From: Candidatus Poribacteria bacterium
GTDB lineage: Bacteria; Poribacteria; WGA-4E; WGA-3G
Direction: 5' to 3'
DNA: 64,000 nt
NCBI GenBank assembly: GCA_965198235.1
Contig: OZ240248.1
Span: 1,120,001-1,184,000 of the forward strand
The notes under the pieces were generated by a model. That model was not told the origin of the DNA, ran no database searches, and saw nothing but the letters and a program-made list of their open reading frames with translations. A program made the position numbers and the translations under genes. Below are positions 18,679 through 28,815 of the stretch, in pieces (position 1 is the first letter of the stretch; each line of letters starts with the position of its first letter).

Positions 18679-19989
18679 ATGGACGCGAAATTGTGGGTGC
18701 CAGAATACGACACACCAGAACTATGGCATAAAGAAATCTCACGCCGCTGTTTTGTCAAGAGCGGTATCAGCAGTTTTCTGGGGCTTGTCGCGATGCAGCA
18801 TTTCAGTTCAAATAGCCTTGCGCAGCTTGAGGATGTTCTGCCGCACGCCAAACACTGTATTGTGTTGTTCATGAGCGGTGGCGCAAGTCAATTAGACACT
18901 TTTGATCCCAAACCCGGCACCAAAAATGGCGGTCCCTTTGCAGCGATTCCCACAAGTGTTGAAAGCATAGAGGTTTCCGAGCATCTTCCATACGTTGCAG
19001 AACAGGCGCACCATCTCTCTATCATTCGCTCGATGGTTTCACGGGAAGGCAATCATGAACGCGCTCGCTATTTGCTGCATACGGGGTATGCACCTGGCGG
19101 TGCAGTCAGACACCCAACCCTCGGTTCGCTCACCTCTTATTACCTTGAGGACAGCCGCTCCGATCTGCCGAGTTGCGTTAATATTAATTCGCCGACCTAT
19201 TCCGGCGGTTTCCTCGGTGCAACGCACGATCCGTTCGTCGTCAAAGATCCGATGAAACCTGTAGATGATCTCTCTTATCCTTCACAGATGGATACGCACC
19301 GTTTTCGCGAACGCCTGAAAATGCTTAAAGCAATTGAGGAAGATTTTATAGCGAAACGGACTGGGCGCAGCACGGAGGCGCACGAAGCGATTTACAAAAA
19401 AGCCGATCAACTCATCAACTCCCCGAAAATAGATGCGTTTCAACTCAACGAAGAACCGATGGCTATCCGCGAGGCTTATGGTATGAATAAGTTCGGTCAA
19501 GGCTGTTTGATGGCGCGTCGGCTCGTGGAAGCTGGAGTCAAATTTGTTGAAGTTTCACTGGACGGATGGGATACACATGAAAACAACTTTGAGCGGACGA
19601 AAGAACTCCTTGCTATGGTGGATCCAGCGTTCGCAATGCTCCTGAGGGACTTGGCTGAACGGGATCTTCTTGAAGAGACTGTTGTGCTATGGCTCGGTGA
19701 ATTCGGTCGCACCCCGAGGATTAACAACAATGATGGGCGTGACCATCATACCACTGGCTGGTCGGCTGTCCTCGCTGGAGGTGGGACTCACGGGGGGCAG
19801 GTGATCGGAAGTACGAATGAAGATGGAACTGAGGTTGTCAGTAGTCCTGTCAGGGTGCCAGACCTATTTGCGTCACTCTGCTTCGCGCTTGGAATCGATG
19901 CTGACGAGGAAAACTATTCCCGCTCTGGACGACCGATCCGAGTCGTTGACGACGGTTCGATGGTAGAGGAGTTATTCAGGGCGTTGTAG
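18679..19989 (+). CDS. DUF1501 family protein (Tat-like signal)
   Basis: SRRCFVK, MSGGASQLDTFDPKP, GWDTH, GEFGRTP..GRDH. Confidence 0.92.
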   Translation: MDAKLWVPEYDTPELWHKEISRRCFVKSGISSFLGLVAMQHFSSNSLAQLEDVLPHAKHCIVLFMSGGASQLDTFDPKPGTKNGGPFAAIPTSVESIEVSEHLPYVAEQAHHLSIIRSMVSREGNHERARYLLHTGYAPGGAVRHPTLGSLTSYYLEDSRSDLPSCVNINSPTYSGGFLGATHDPFVVKDPMKPVDDLSYPSQMDTHRFRERLKMLKAIEEDFIAKRTGRSTEAHEAIYKKADQLINSPKIDAFQLNEEPMAIREAYGMNKFGQGCLMARRLVEAGVKFVEVSLDGWDTHENNFERTKELLAMVDPAFAMLLRDLAERDLLEETVVLWLGEFGRTPRINNNDGRDHHTTGWSAVLAGGGTHGGQVIGSTNEDGTEVVSSPVRVPDLFASLCFALGIDADEENYSRSGRPIRVVDDGSMVEELFRAL

Positions 19990-20122
19990 CTTAATAGTTA
20001 TCGGTCATCGGTTAAGAGAGGGTGTTTTTGCTTGGGTGTTTCCCTGGTTAAACGAAAACCTCTTACTCTCACTGCGAGGCAACCTGACAACCTTTTCCTC
20101 CGATAACTGATAACCACTAAAA

Positions 20123-20716
20123 ATGAGAGTTATTGCTGGCACATTCAGAGGCAGACGCTTGGCTACTCCGAAAGGGAATCGTCTCGTCCGCCCTACTGCC
20201 GATCGGGTTAAAGAATCAGTTTTTAGTATTCTGCAGGAACGGATAGTAGATGCAAATTTCCTGGACCTTTGTGCCGGTACCGGGAGTATGGGAATTGAAG
20301 CGTTGAGCCGTGGGGCGAAACATGTCACGTTTTTGGAGCGCGACCCGCGGTGCATCGAGATAATAGAACGAAACCTTCACACGTGTGGTCTGCTTACTGA
20401 ATCCCAAGCGCGGTATTATCTGCTCCGTCGCGATGTTGTGAAAGGGATTGCGTACCTCTGTAAGCGATCCGTTATGTTTGAAATTATTTATTTCGATCCC
20501 CCGTATGGTGTTGATTTAGCAGGGGGATCGCAGCTGTATACAACCTGTTTACCACTGCTTGCCGAGAGTTCGCTGCTCTGTATCGGTGGCATTCTGCTTG
20601 TTGAACATGCCAAGCAGTGTGTTGTGCCAGATGCAGTCGGGAATTTAAGGCGGAGTCGGCAAGCGCGTTACGGGGATACGGTTGTATCGTTTTATAAAAA
20701 AAGCTATAAATATTAA
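20123..20716 (+). CDS. rsmD: 16S rRNA m2G966 methyltransferase
   Basis: MRVIAG..GRRL, RPTADRVKES, LDLCAGTG, DPPY. Confidence 0.95.
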   Translation: MRVIAGTFRGRRLATPKGNRLVRPTADRVKESVFSILQERIVDANFLDLCAGTGSMGIEALSRGAKHVTFLERDPRCIEIIERNLHTCGLLTESQARYYLLRRDVVKGIAYLCKRSVMFEIIYFDPPYGVDLAGGSQLYTTCLPLLAESSLLCIGGILLVEHAKQCVVPDAVGNLRRSRQARYGDTVVSFYKKSYKY

Positions 20717-20839
20717 CAGGACTTACGCGGCTGCCTTGGCTGGCACGAACGTAGCCTGCAACACCGGCGCAGGCGGCTCGATCGCGAGAACCTTCAAATT
20801 ACAAATGCACGCGATTAACCCGCAAGGTAAATTAGAAAT

Positions 20840-21577
20840 ATGAAAATTTTGAATCTCCAATCCGGAACGCCCTTTCAAATGGGCAAAGGTAAAAATTGGC
20901 GTGTTGTGCATCCCGATATGGGTTCTGAACAATTGACCTTAAACCATGGGCTTCACGCCCCCGGTCAAGAGTTTACACAGCATTATCACGACGCATCGGA
21001 AGACGCGATTGTCGTTTTAGAAGGTGGTGGTACTATCCGCCAAGGAGAGGTCTATACACCAATTGCTGCGGGCGATGTCATCTTTGTGCCCGCAGGCGAG
21101 GTTCATGGAACGGTTAATACGACACCGAACATGGCGCGTTTAATTAGTTTCCAGGCTCCGCCGGATATGGCACTCTACCGAGGCGAACGAGATACACCCG
21201 ATGCAGCCCCCACACCTCAAGATGGACATCGAAGTAACGTCCAAGTCATCAATATGGCGCGCAGTGGTCCTGTTTTTGGAAAATCCACCGAATGGCGAAG
21301 TGTGGTCTCTCCGCAAAAAGGTTCTGTACATCTTTCTTTAGATTACATCTATCTCAACAAAGGGGAAAACTTTGCACATGAACCGATAGACAGCGAGTCA
21401 ATTTATGTGCTGAGAGATGGATGCACTGAAGTGACAACTGATGCTGGAGAGACGTGGACTTTGGAACAGCATGATGTCCTCTTCCTCGCCCCTGGAGACA
21501 CCTTTTCACTTTCTCAAGCCGGAGATGAACCCGCGGCGATCATATCTTGTTGGGCAGTTGCCTCTTCTCGGAGTTAA
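20840..21577 (+). CDS. Bicupin protein
   Basis: HYHDASED..GDVIFVPAGEVH, plus a degenerate second cupin domain. Confidence 0.85.
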   Translation: MKILNLQSGTPFQMGKGKNWRVVHPDMGSEQLTLNHGLHAPGQEFTQHYHDASEDAIVVLEGGGTIRQGEVYTPIAAGDVIFVPAGEVHGTVNTTPNMARLISFQAPPDMALYRGERDTPDAAPTPQDGHRSNVQVINMARSGPVFGKSTEWRSVVSPQKGSVHLSLDYIYLNKGENFAHEPIDSESIYVLRDGCTEVTTDAGETWTLEQHDVLFLAPGDTFSLSQAGDEPAAIISCWAVASSRS

Positions 21578-21718
21578 TGGCTTTCAGCGCGTTCGCTACA
21601 CTTACTTTCAGCAATCGGCTTTCAGGAACCCGTTTGCGGCAGTAAAGGCGTTTGCAACTGCCACGCCCGCTACTGACAGCTGACAGCTGACGGCCACTAT
21701 AAAAAAGGAAATTGATGG

Positions 21719-24268
21719 ATGAGATCAGATGTGATAGCAATATCACGGCAGGGCAACCTCGCCGTGATAAACCACACTAATTTTGAGATTAAGTTTAACC
21801 TTTCAAAAGGAACATGGGATTACATTGATGAGAGTGGTGACACAATTATCCGAGACGGATGCGCACAGATAACCCTTGAAAATGGGAGCGTCGTCAAAAC
21901 TGAGGACGCTGGCACTCGCGAATTTATCACAGAACTGCCGAAAACAGATGCTTTCGGCAGTTATCACCAAATTCGCTTCTCACACGAGGCAACAGGTAAG
22001 GGGGTTCGGATAAACACCTACCTCAAGTGCTATGCCGCACACCCCGCGATACACCTTAAGGTTGGTGTTGAAAACCTAAAATCGGAACCGCTTCGACTCG
22101 ATAGTGTAACGGTGCTTGGGGTTTCAGCGAACCGTGGTGCTGTCTTGCTTGGCGGGCTTCCATCGGATTATCATCTCTTTATTAACATGCCACCTGTTTC
22201 TCCCGGTGTCAGTAAAAGGCTCTATGAAGGGTTTCTACTGAATGAGACCGACGCTATGCATCCGAGCAATGATGGTGTACTTTGTGATACAAAGGGTGGG
22301 AAAGCACTCGTCTTCGGTTTCCTGACGACTGAGAAATGGTGGCCCCGAATTCAAGTTGGCTGTCATAAAAATGGTGGGCGCGGCTCGCGAGGGCAGGGAA
22401 AGAAGTCATCCGCGTCGGGTGTTAATCCGTGGGCACTTTATCATGAGTGTAGGCAACAGTGCGAATCCGGTGAGGAAATCACCTCCGAAACTGCTTACAT
22501 CAACTTTGTAGGTAAGGCATCTGCAGCTTACGAACATTATACTTCGCTGATAGCAGCGCGGAGCATCGCGCACGAGAGTCCGCTTATTGAGGCTCAGCCC
22601 ACCCTCGAATACAACACGCCGGCTACTATGTGGACGCTTTCTGATACGGAAGGATCACTTGATGCGAATGCTATCTTAACCCAGACAGACGCGCTCGCCG
22701 AGAGTCCGATGTTTCAGCCGAACTGTCCAGGCGGTATTGATTATATTCAATTGAATGCAGTCTCGGAATCAGAATTGGGAGTTTTTACGCAAGGTGCTGA
22801 GGTTTCGGTATCGCAAAATCGTGAGGAAATGAAAGCGATTACCAGTCAGATCCGAGAAAAAGGTTTCAAGGCGGGTATCCGGTTCAATCCATTTTGTGCA
22901 GCACTTGATTCGGAGCTTGTCCAAAGCCATCCGGACTATTGTATACAAGAGAAGACTGCGTCCCGTGGCGGAAGAAGATATTCCCGTAATCGTTCAACGC
23001 GTAACGGCTCCAAACCTGCATCCGTTCATCTACCAGAGAGTGGTAAAGAGGTCGCACTCTTGGATGTTTCGCATCCAGAGGTGCAGTCCCGTATTCGTGA
23101 ACAGATTAAACAGGTAGTGGGCGAATGTGGATATTCATTCATCAACGCCGACTTTACAGCTTATACGGTGGGGCTCACGAATGCTGCACACAACTTGCAC
23201 TGGCATGATAGCAGCCTGACCTCAGTTCAGCTTTATCGTCTCGCTGGGAAATTGCTCAGGGAGGCAATCAATGAAGCACGGTTGGAAAACGCGCTTCTAA
23301 AGGATGATGTGCTACTCGCAGGATACAATACTGTCCCGGGTCCGTGCATTGGTAGTATTGATGTTAATGCCCCACTTCTGAGTCCTTCCCTTTCTGCTGT
23401 AGGTGCGGATTCCAAGCGTGCCAGTGACTCATGGCATCATCAGCGTGGCACAAAACATCGCCTGAGCAGATATGCAGCGCATATGAGGGAGCATAGCGTT
23501 CTCTGGGGACACGTCTTTGGTGAGATCGCTGTTGATGAACCGCGTCCGATCAACGAGGCAATCGTGGAAATGACAGCGGCTGCATTGAGTGGTGGGACAG
23601 TCTTGTGTGCAGACCAAGTTGCAACACTGACTTCGGCGCGTGCGGGTTACTTAGCGAAAATCTTTCCACTTATAGGTAAGGCTGCGACACCTATAGACCT
23701 TTACGATGACCCTTTTCCCAAAATATGGTGTCTACCAATGTCAACACCTCGCGAAGTCTGGTATCTCGCCGCAGTTTTCAACTGGGATGACTACGAGGAT
23801 GATGCCTATTTTGAACTGGAGGCACTTGGGTTACCTGAATCTAAGGAGTTCCTCGTCCACGACTTCTGGATGCGCCAATATCTTGGAAAGGTTTCACAGA
23901 GTGTAACCTTGTTGAACATTCCACCGCGTTCTGCGAAACTGCTCTGCTTCCGTGAAGAACAGGACGTACCGCAATTGCTCGCCACGGATATGCACTATAC
24001 GCAGGGCGGCGTTGAGATTCTATCTGCGGGTTGGGATGCGCACAGCCAAAGTTACATGATCGTCTGCAAACCGCTTAGACAGGCTGAGGGAACCTGCTTT
24101 ATTCATGTACCGGATGATTACCTACCGATAAGTGTGGCAACCTATGGAAGCGATTATCAATATAATTGGGACACACCGATTTATAAACTAACATTTACAG
24201 GAGCGCAACCGGATAAGTTAGTGCACGCCAGCGTTCACTTCGCGAAAACTTCGGGAAGCACCCTATAG
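21719..24268 (+). CDS. GH36/alpha-galactosidase-like protein (divergent)
   Basis: GFKAGIRFNPF, SHPDY, LLDVSHPEV, FINADF, VFNW..DFW; the usual IDDGW motif is not retained. Confidence 0.7.
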   Translation: MRSDVIAISRQGNLAVINHTNFEIKFNLSKGTWDYIDESGDTIIRDGCAQITLENGSVVKTEDAGTREFITELPKTDAFGSYHQIRFSHEATGKGVRINTYLKCYAAHPAIHLKVGVENLKSEPLRLDSVTVLGVSANRGAVLLGGLPSDYHLFINMPPVSPGVSKRLYEGFLLNETDAMHPSNDGVLCDTKGGKALVFGFLTTEKWWPRIQVGCHKNGGRGSRGQGKKSSASGVNPWALYHECRQQCESGEEITSETAYINFVGKASAAYEHYTSLIAARSIAHESPLIEAQPTLEYNTPATMWTLSDTEGSLDANAILTQTDALAESPMFQPNCPGGIDYIQLNAVSESELGVFTQGAEVSVSQNREEMKAITSQIREKGFKAGIRFNPFCAALDSELVQSHPDYCIQEKTASRGGRRYSRNRSTRNGSKPASVHLPESGKEVALLDVSHPEVQSRIREQIKQVVGECGYSFINADFTAYTVGLTNAAHNLHWHDSSLTSVQLYRLAGKLLREAINEARLENALLKDDVLLAGYNTVPGPCIGSIDVNAPLLSPSLSAVGADSKRASDSWHHQRGTKHRLSRYAAHMREHSVLWGHVFGEIAVDEPRPINEAIVEMTAAALSGGTVLCADQVATLTSARAGYLAKIFPLIGKAATPIDLYDDPFPKIWCLPMSTPREVWYLAAVFNWDDYEDDAYFELEALGLPESKEFLVHDFWMRQYLGKVSQSVTLLNIPPRSAKLLCFREEQDVPQLLATDMHYTQGGVEILSAGWDAHSQSYMIVCKPLRQAEGTCFIHVPDDYLPISVATYGSDYQYNWDTPIYKLTFTGAQPDKLVHASVHFAKTSGSTL

Positions 24269-24297
24269 TTTCATAGATTTCACTTTGGTGTGAAAAG

Positions 24298-24930
24298 ATG
24301 AGTAGTGTTCGGACACAAATGCAAGCCCTCAAAACGCGGGCAAGTGTTTGTACAGCTTGTAATTTAGCGAAAACCCGTGCGAATGTTGTTTTCGGTAGCG
24401 GCGATATCACCGCAAAGTTAGCGATTGTTGCGGAGGGACCCTCTGCTGCTGATAATCGGACAGCACTTCCATTTTCAGGTCCTGCCGGGGATATGCTGGA
24501 TGATGTTTTGACCGCAAATGGATTAACGCGTAGCGACATCTGGCTCACAAACATCATTAAGTGTCGGGCAGCAAGTCCTAAAGGGAATGTGTTAAAGAAC
24601 CGTCCACCGAAGGCATCGGAGATTAAGGCGTGCTCCAAATGGCTTGATGGAGAGCTGACTGTGATGCAACCTTCAGTAATTCTCTGTATGGGTGCGCCTG
24701 CCGCGAAAGTGCTTATTCATCGCAGGTTTCGCATTACAGAGGAACGTGGTGTCTGGTTTACGGATACCACGTATGCTCCCTTCGCTATGGCGACGTTTAA
24801 CCCGGCTTATGTCCTACGACAGGAGAGAGAGAATTTTACGGCACTACGACAAGTCGTCATTGACGATATCGCCGAGGCGGGGCAGAAATTACAGGAAGCA
24901 GTCGAAATTCCCAAACTGACTCTTTTTTAA
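24298..24930 (+). CDS. Family 4-like (Fe-S) uracil-DNA glycosylase
   Basis: CTAC, VVFGSG, EGP, PFSGPAG, TNIIKCR, NRPP, fourth Cys; motif B reads TFNPAY. Confidence 0.85.
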   Translation: MSSVRTQMQALKTRASVCTACNLAKTRANVVFGSGDITAKLAIVAEGPSAADNRTALPFSGPAGDMLDDVLTANGLTRSDIWLTNIIKCRAASPKGNVLKNRPPKASEIKACSKWLDGELTVMQPSVILCMGAPAAKVLIHRRFRITEERGVWFTDTTYAPFAMATFNPAYVLRQERENFTALRQVVIDDIAEAGQKLQEAVEIPKLTLF

Positions 24931-25017
24931 ATACTTTATTGAGAGGTCGGGAAGCAGGACCCCGGGTAGACGCGTGTAAGCGCGCCTACCAGAGAATACC
25001 TATTCGCCAATATATGC

Positions 25018-25806
25018 CTATCTACTTTGCGTCCGTCCTAACTTAATTTCTCCCCAATTTGTTGTGAGTTTACCCGCCGGTTCGACAGCAAGCGTGACTT
25101 CTAACCCGTTATCCATAAGCATCTGAATGTCCTCTTCTTCCAGTGCGACATCGAAGAGTAGCATTTCGTCGAACATACCCTCCCACTCTCTTCCACCACC
25201 GCTCCATGAGCCGATACGTCCGGGTCCAAATTCCCCGGGCAAGGGTCCCCATTTACCTTCTGCGTCAAGTTCACCATCGAAGTAGACCTGAACCGATTCA
25301 TCGTTGCTGCTGTAGGCAACTGCGAGATGGAACCATTTATTCAGGATGTCTTTGTCCGCTGTGAAATCTGAATTCGGCCAACCCGGATGTCGCACTGGAT
25401 TGTTGGAGTGGATAGCCATCTCCATTTTGTTGTCCGGACGGAATTGATAGTGGACAAATCCAGGTGCCCAACCGTCACGGTTGAAGAAGCATCTCCACAA
25501 TCCAACCCTACCTGTCGAATTGAACCATTTCATGAGCGTAAAGTCCTCAAGCGGTCCAATCTCTGGAACGGTGACCCAAGCATCCTTACCGTTGAGTTCA
25601 ATGGCGTTGCCAAATTTACCCTTCACCCATTTAGCACCACCAACAAGGTCGCCATCGTTTCCATTGTCAGATGAATCTTTGGCGACTTTTCCACCTGTTT
25701 CATCAAACAACCACGCACCCACAATAGATCCCGGATCGACTTCAGCGTTGCAGAGTTGTGCGAACATGAAACCGACGATGATTAAACTAATTGTAAAACG
25801 AGCCAT
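25018..25806 (-). CDS. Secreted LamG-like jellyroll domain protein
   Basis: Signal peptide, GAWLFDE..DSS.NGNDG, GKFG, WFHLA; C-terminal AVEPAGKLTTNWGEIK. Confidence 0.9.
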   Translation of the reverse strand: MARFTISLIIVGFMFAQLCNAEVDPGSIVGAWLFDETGGKVAKDSSDNGNDGDLVGGAKWVKGKFGNAIELNGKDAWVTVPEIGPLEDFTLMKWFNSTGRVGLWRCFFNRDGWAPGFVHYQFRPDNKMEMAIHSNNPVRHPGWPNSDFTADKDILNKWFHLAVAYSSNDESVQVYFDGELDAEGKWGPLPGEFGPGRIGSWSGGGREWEGMFDEMLLFDVALEEEDIQMLMDNGLEVTLAVEPAGKLTTNWGEIKLGRTQSR

Positions 25807-26052
25807 CTCAATTCTCCTTTGTTCACGTGTTCATGAGTTATTGATCTCTGAAAACTGGGAAATTTCTGGTTCAGATTCTATCACGAATCGTTAGAGAATT
25901 GAACATAATTTTTTTAATTTCGTATTGGAAGGCAAAAGATGCGACGGGGAATTTGATCCCGAGGTGAGATAGAAGTTACGAACAGATTACCTGTCCTACT
26001 ATTTTCTATCAATTTAAATTTGTCATATTCTGTGTGAAAATTGAAAAATTGG

Positions 26053-26081
26053 TTGACAAACTTTTGAAGACATGGTATAAT
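26053..26081 (+). promoter_or_regulatory. Consensus sigma70 promoter of the respiratory supercluster
   Basis: TTGACA-N17-TATAAT with extended TG; second candidate GTGACA-N18-TATAAT at 26204-26233. Confidence 0.85.
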
Positions 26082-26301
26082 AATTAACGCTCATGCGCGA
26101 AATTGCGGTGGTGAACTTTAGTGTGCTATTACTTCAACCAATCTGGAATTGATGCGTGTGTCCTGTTTGTGCAGAGTGGACTTTCAAGTGCAGAAAAATT
26201 TTGGTGACATTTATTTGAGATTTGGGTTATAATATTTGCGGTTTACCTTGTAATTCGTGGGTGTTGCGCGTAAGCGTTACCCTACAAGATCGGGGGTATA
26301 A

Positions 26302-26790
26302 GTGGTATCTCGACGTAAATTTTTTAAATTTCTCGGCTGGGGGAATTTCGTTGCAGCGTTAGGTTTGACCTTCGGACCGGGATTGGTTCGGTATTTGTAT
26401 CCACGCGTGCTGTTTGAACCCTCCTCTATTTTTAAAGCAGGATTTCCAGCAGAATATCCACCGGGCAGCGTTAGTGAAAAATTCAAAAAAGAGCCGTTTG
26501 GTGTTTGGATTGTCCGGAAGCAAGACGGTGAATTCTACGCGCTCTTAACCACTTGCACACACCTCGGGTGCACGCCGCGCTGGCTCGGTTCTGAAAACAA
26601 ATTCAAGTGTCCATGTCACGGTAGCGGTTTCGACCGGGAAGGCGTTAACTACGAAGGTCCTGCGCCACGACCCCTCGAACGTGTTAAAATTACATTGGCA
26701 GAAGATGGTCAGATCGAAATCAACAAGGCTGTGAAGTTTTTAGGTGAGAAGGGGCAGTGGACGGACCCAAGCTCCTTTTTGAAAGTTTGA
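26302..26790 (+). CDS. Rieske 2Fe-2S subunit
   Basis: Tat motif SRRKFF; CTHLGC and CPCHGS; GPAPRPL. Confidence 0.96.
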   Translation: MVSRRKFFKFLGWGNFVAALGLTFGPGLVRYLYPRVLFEPSSIFKAGFPAEYPPGSVSEKFKKEPFGVWIVRKQDGEFYALLTTCTHLGCTPRWLGSENKFKCPCHGSGFDREGVNYEGPAPRPLERVKITLAEDGQIEINKAVKFLGEKGQWTDPSSFLKV

Positions 26791-26909
26791 AGAAAGGAGA
26801 GCATTTGTGCCTGGCTTCCGTCAGGTAGAAAAGGCGTTTCGACGTTGTAGGGCGCGCAGTTTCAAAGCCTATATTGCTAACGTACACGTCGAAACTTGCT
26901 AAAAAACGT

Positions 26910-27680
26910 ATGAACGAAGAACGTAAAGGGCTCAAAGAAAAGATTACGAATTCCGACATTTGGCGCTCTATGTTCCGCCACGGATATGAAGATACGGGGC
27001 GCCGTTACACCTTACAGGTCCTCCAAAACGTCTGGTTGCATCTCCATCCTCCCCGGATTTCTCGGCACGCGCTGAACTTCCGATTCACATGGTGCATGGG
27101 CGGCATCACGTTCCTTATGTTTCTCGTGACAGCCGTCACTGGCGTACTCCTGATGTTCTACTACCGGCCAACAGCTGAATACGCGTTCCACGATGTCCAG
27201 TACCTCGAATTTGACATTCCGTTCGGGATGCTCCTGCGGAACATGCACCGCTGGTCGGCACACGGAATGGTTATCTCAGTGATGCTGCACATGTTCAGGG
27301 TTTTCTTGACCGGTTCCTATAAGAAACCTCGAGAATTCAATTGGGCAGTCGGGGTCATCTTGTTGCTTGTGACATTTTTCCTGAGTTTCACCGGCTATCT
27401 ATTGCCGTGGGATCAGTTGGCGTTTTGGGCTGTGACTGTCGGGACGAACATGGCACGTGCAACACCGGTTTTAGGGCATGAAGGCCCATTTGCCCCGCAA
27501 GACATCACACAATCCAACGATGTCCGATTCGCGCTGCTCGCGGGTACAATCGTAGGTCCCTCAACGTTGTTGAGGTTCTATATTTTACATTGTGTTGCGG
27601 TTCCCTTGTTGGCAAGCGTCCTGATGGCTTTGCATTTCTGGCGGGTCCGTAAAGATGGTGGTATCTCTGGACCTCTATAG
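26910..27680 (+). CDS. Cytochrome b6-like N-terminal subunit
   Basis: WCMGGITF (heme ci-type Cys), His ligands, GYLLPWDQ, C-terminal GISGPL. Confidence 0.95.
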   Translation: MNEERKGLKEKITNSDIWRSMFRHGYEDTGRRYTLQVLQNVWLHLHPPRISRHALNFRFTWCMGGITFLMFLVTAVTGVLLMFYYRPTAEYAFHDVQYLEFDIPFGMLLRNMHRWSAHGMVISVMLHMFRVFLTGSYKKPREFNWAVGVILLLVTFFLSFTGYLLPWDQLAFWAVTVGTNMARATPVLGHEGPFAPQDITQSNDVRFALLAGTIVGPSTLLRFYILHCVAVPLLASVLMALHFWRVRKDGGISGPL

Positions 27681-27769
27681 AGAATTATAGGAGCGGGTCT
27701 TTTGTATAGGCGGAACACAGTTGCTGTTAGCACGGGTCAGGAATCCGATCTTCAAAGGAGCAGAACAAT

Positions 27770-28636
27770 ATGGAGCATTTTATAGCACTGGTGACGAAGC
27801 CGGATAATGTCCCCATTGTTGCTATTCTCTTTTTGATACCTTATTTTATCTGGCTTTCATACCGGCAGGCACGCCAGACAGATAAAGCAGGGGTCCCCTC
27901 GGATGCCGCTCTTAACGATAAGGTTTACGTGTGGCCCTATCTGTGTCGGAATGAGTTTATCTGCGCTATTATTGTGATGCTCGTGCTCGGTGTATGGTCG
28001 ATTATGATTGATGCACCGCTTGAGGAACCGAGCGATCCAACGATGACACCGAACCCTTCTAAAGCACCGTGGTATTTCCTCGCACTGCAAGAGATGCTCG
28101 TTTATTTCGATCCGTGGGTCGCTGGCGTGGTACTCCCAGGACTGATTATCGCAGGCTTGATTGCTATTCCATACATTGACATTAATCCGAAGGGTAAGGG
28201 GTATTATACAATAAAAGAACGTCCCTTCGCGCTCGCAGTATTCACCTTTGGATTTATCATTTTATGGATCGTTTTGATGGTAGTCGGTACATTCCTGAGA
28301 GGTCCCGGATGGAACTTCTTCGCGCCTTGGGAAGCGTGGGATCCACATCTTGTTGTTCCACTGACAAACGTGAATTTATCGTATCTTTTCGGCATCCGCG
28401 ATGCGGATACTGCGAACTTCTTCGGGTTTGTTGTGGTTGCAGGCTATTTCGCTATCGGTCCCATCTTCTACTTATGGAAATGTAAAAGTAGCCATTTCTT
28501 GCAGGAGCTCGGTCTTGTCCGATATATCGTCGTTTCATTTCTGTTTCTAACTATGTTCGCATTGCCGATAAAAATGATGCTACGCGTAGTTTTAAATGTG
28601 AAATACATCTGGGTATCCCCGTGGTTCAACATTTAA
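27770..28636 (+). CDS. Cytochrome b subunit IV-like protein
   Basis: TPNPSKAPWYF (PEWY equivalent), PYID, multiple TM helices. Confidence 0.88.
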   Translation: MEHFIALVTKPDNVPIVAILFLIPYFIWLSYRQARQTDKAGVPSDAALNDKVYVWPYLCRNEFICAIIVMLVLGVWSIMIDAPLEEPSDPTMTPNPSKAPWYFLALQEMLVYFDPWVAGVVLPGLIIAGLIAIPYIDINPKGKGYYTIKERPFALAVFTFGFIILWIVLMVVGTFLRGPGWNFFAPWEAWDPHLVVPLTNVNLSYLFGIRDADTANFFGFVVVAGYFAIGPIFYLWKCKSSHFLQELGLVRYIVVSFLFLTMFALPIKMMLRVVLNVKYIWVSPWFNI

Positions 28637-28815
28637 AAATAGCAGTCAGCAGTCAGTCGTCAGCAAAAAGGTTTGTGAGAGTTCTAACGTCTTTCTTCTT
28701 AGCCTAGAAAACGTAAGCCCAACCAACGGGCCGGGCTGGCTTTACGAAAAGGAACGTCAAAGTCCAAACCCGCTTGAACGAACCGCAAGGAAAATTAGAA
28801 AAAGGAGAAAATTTC

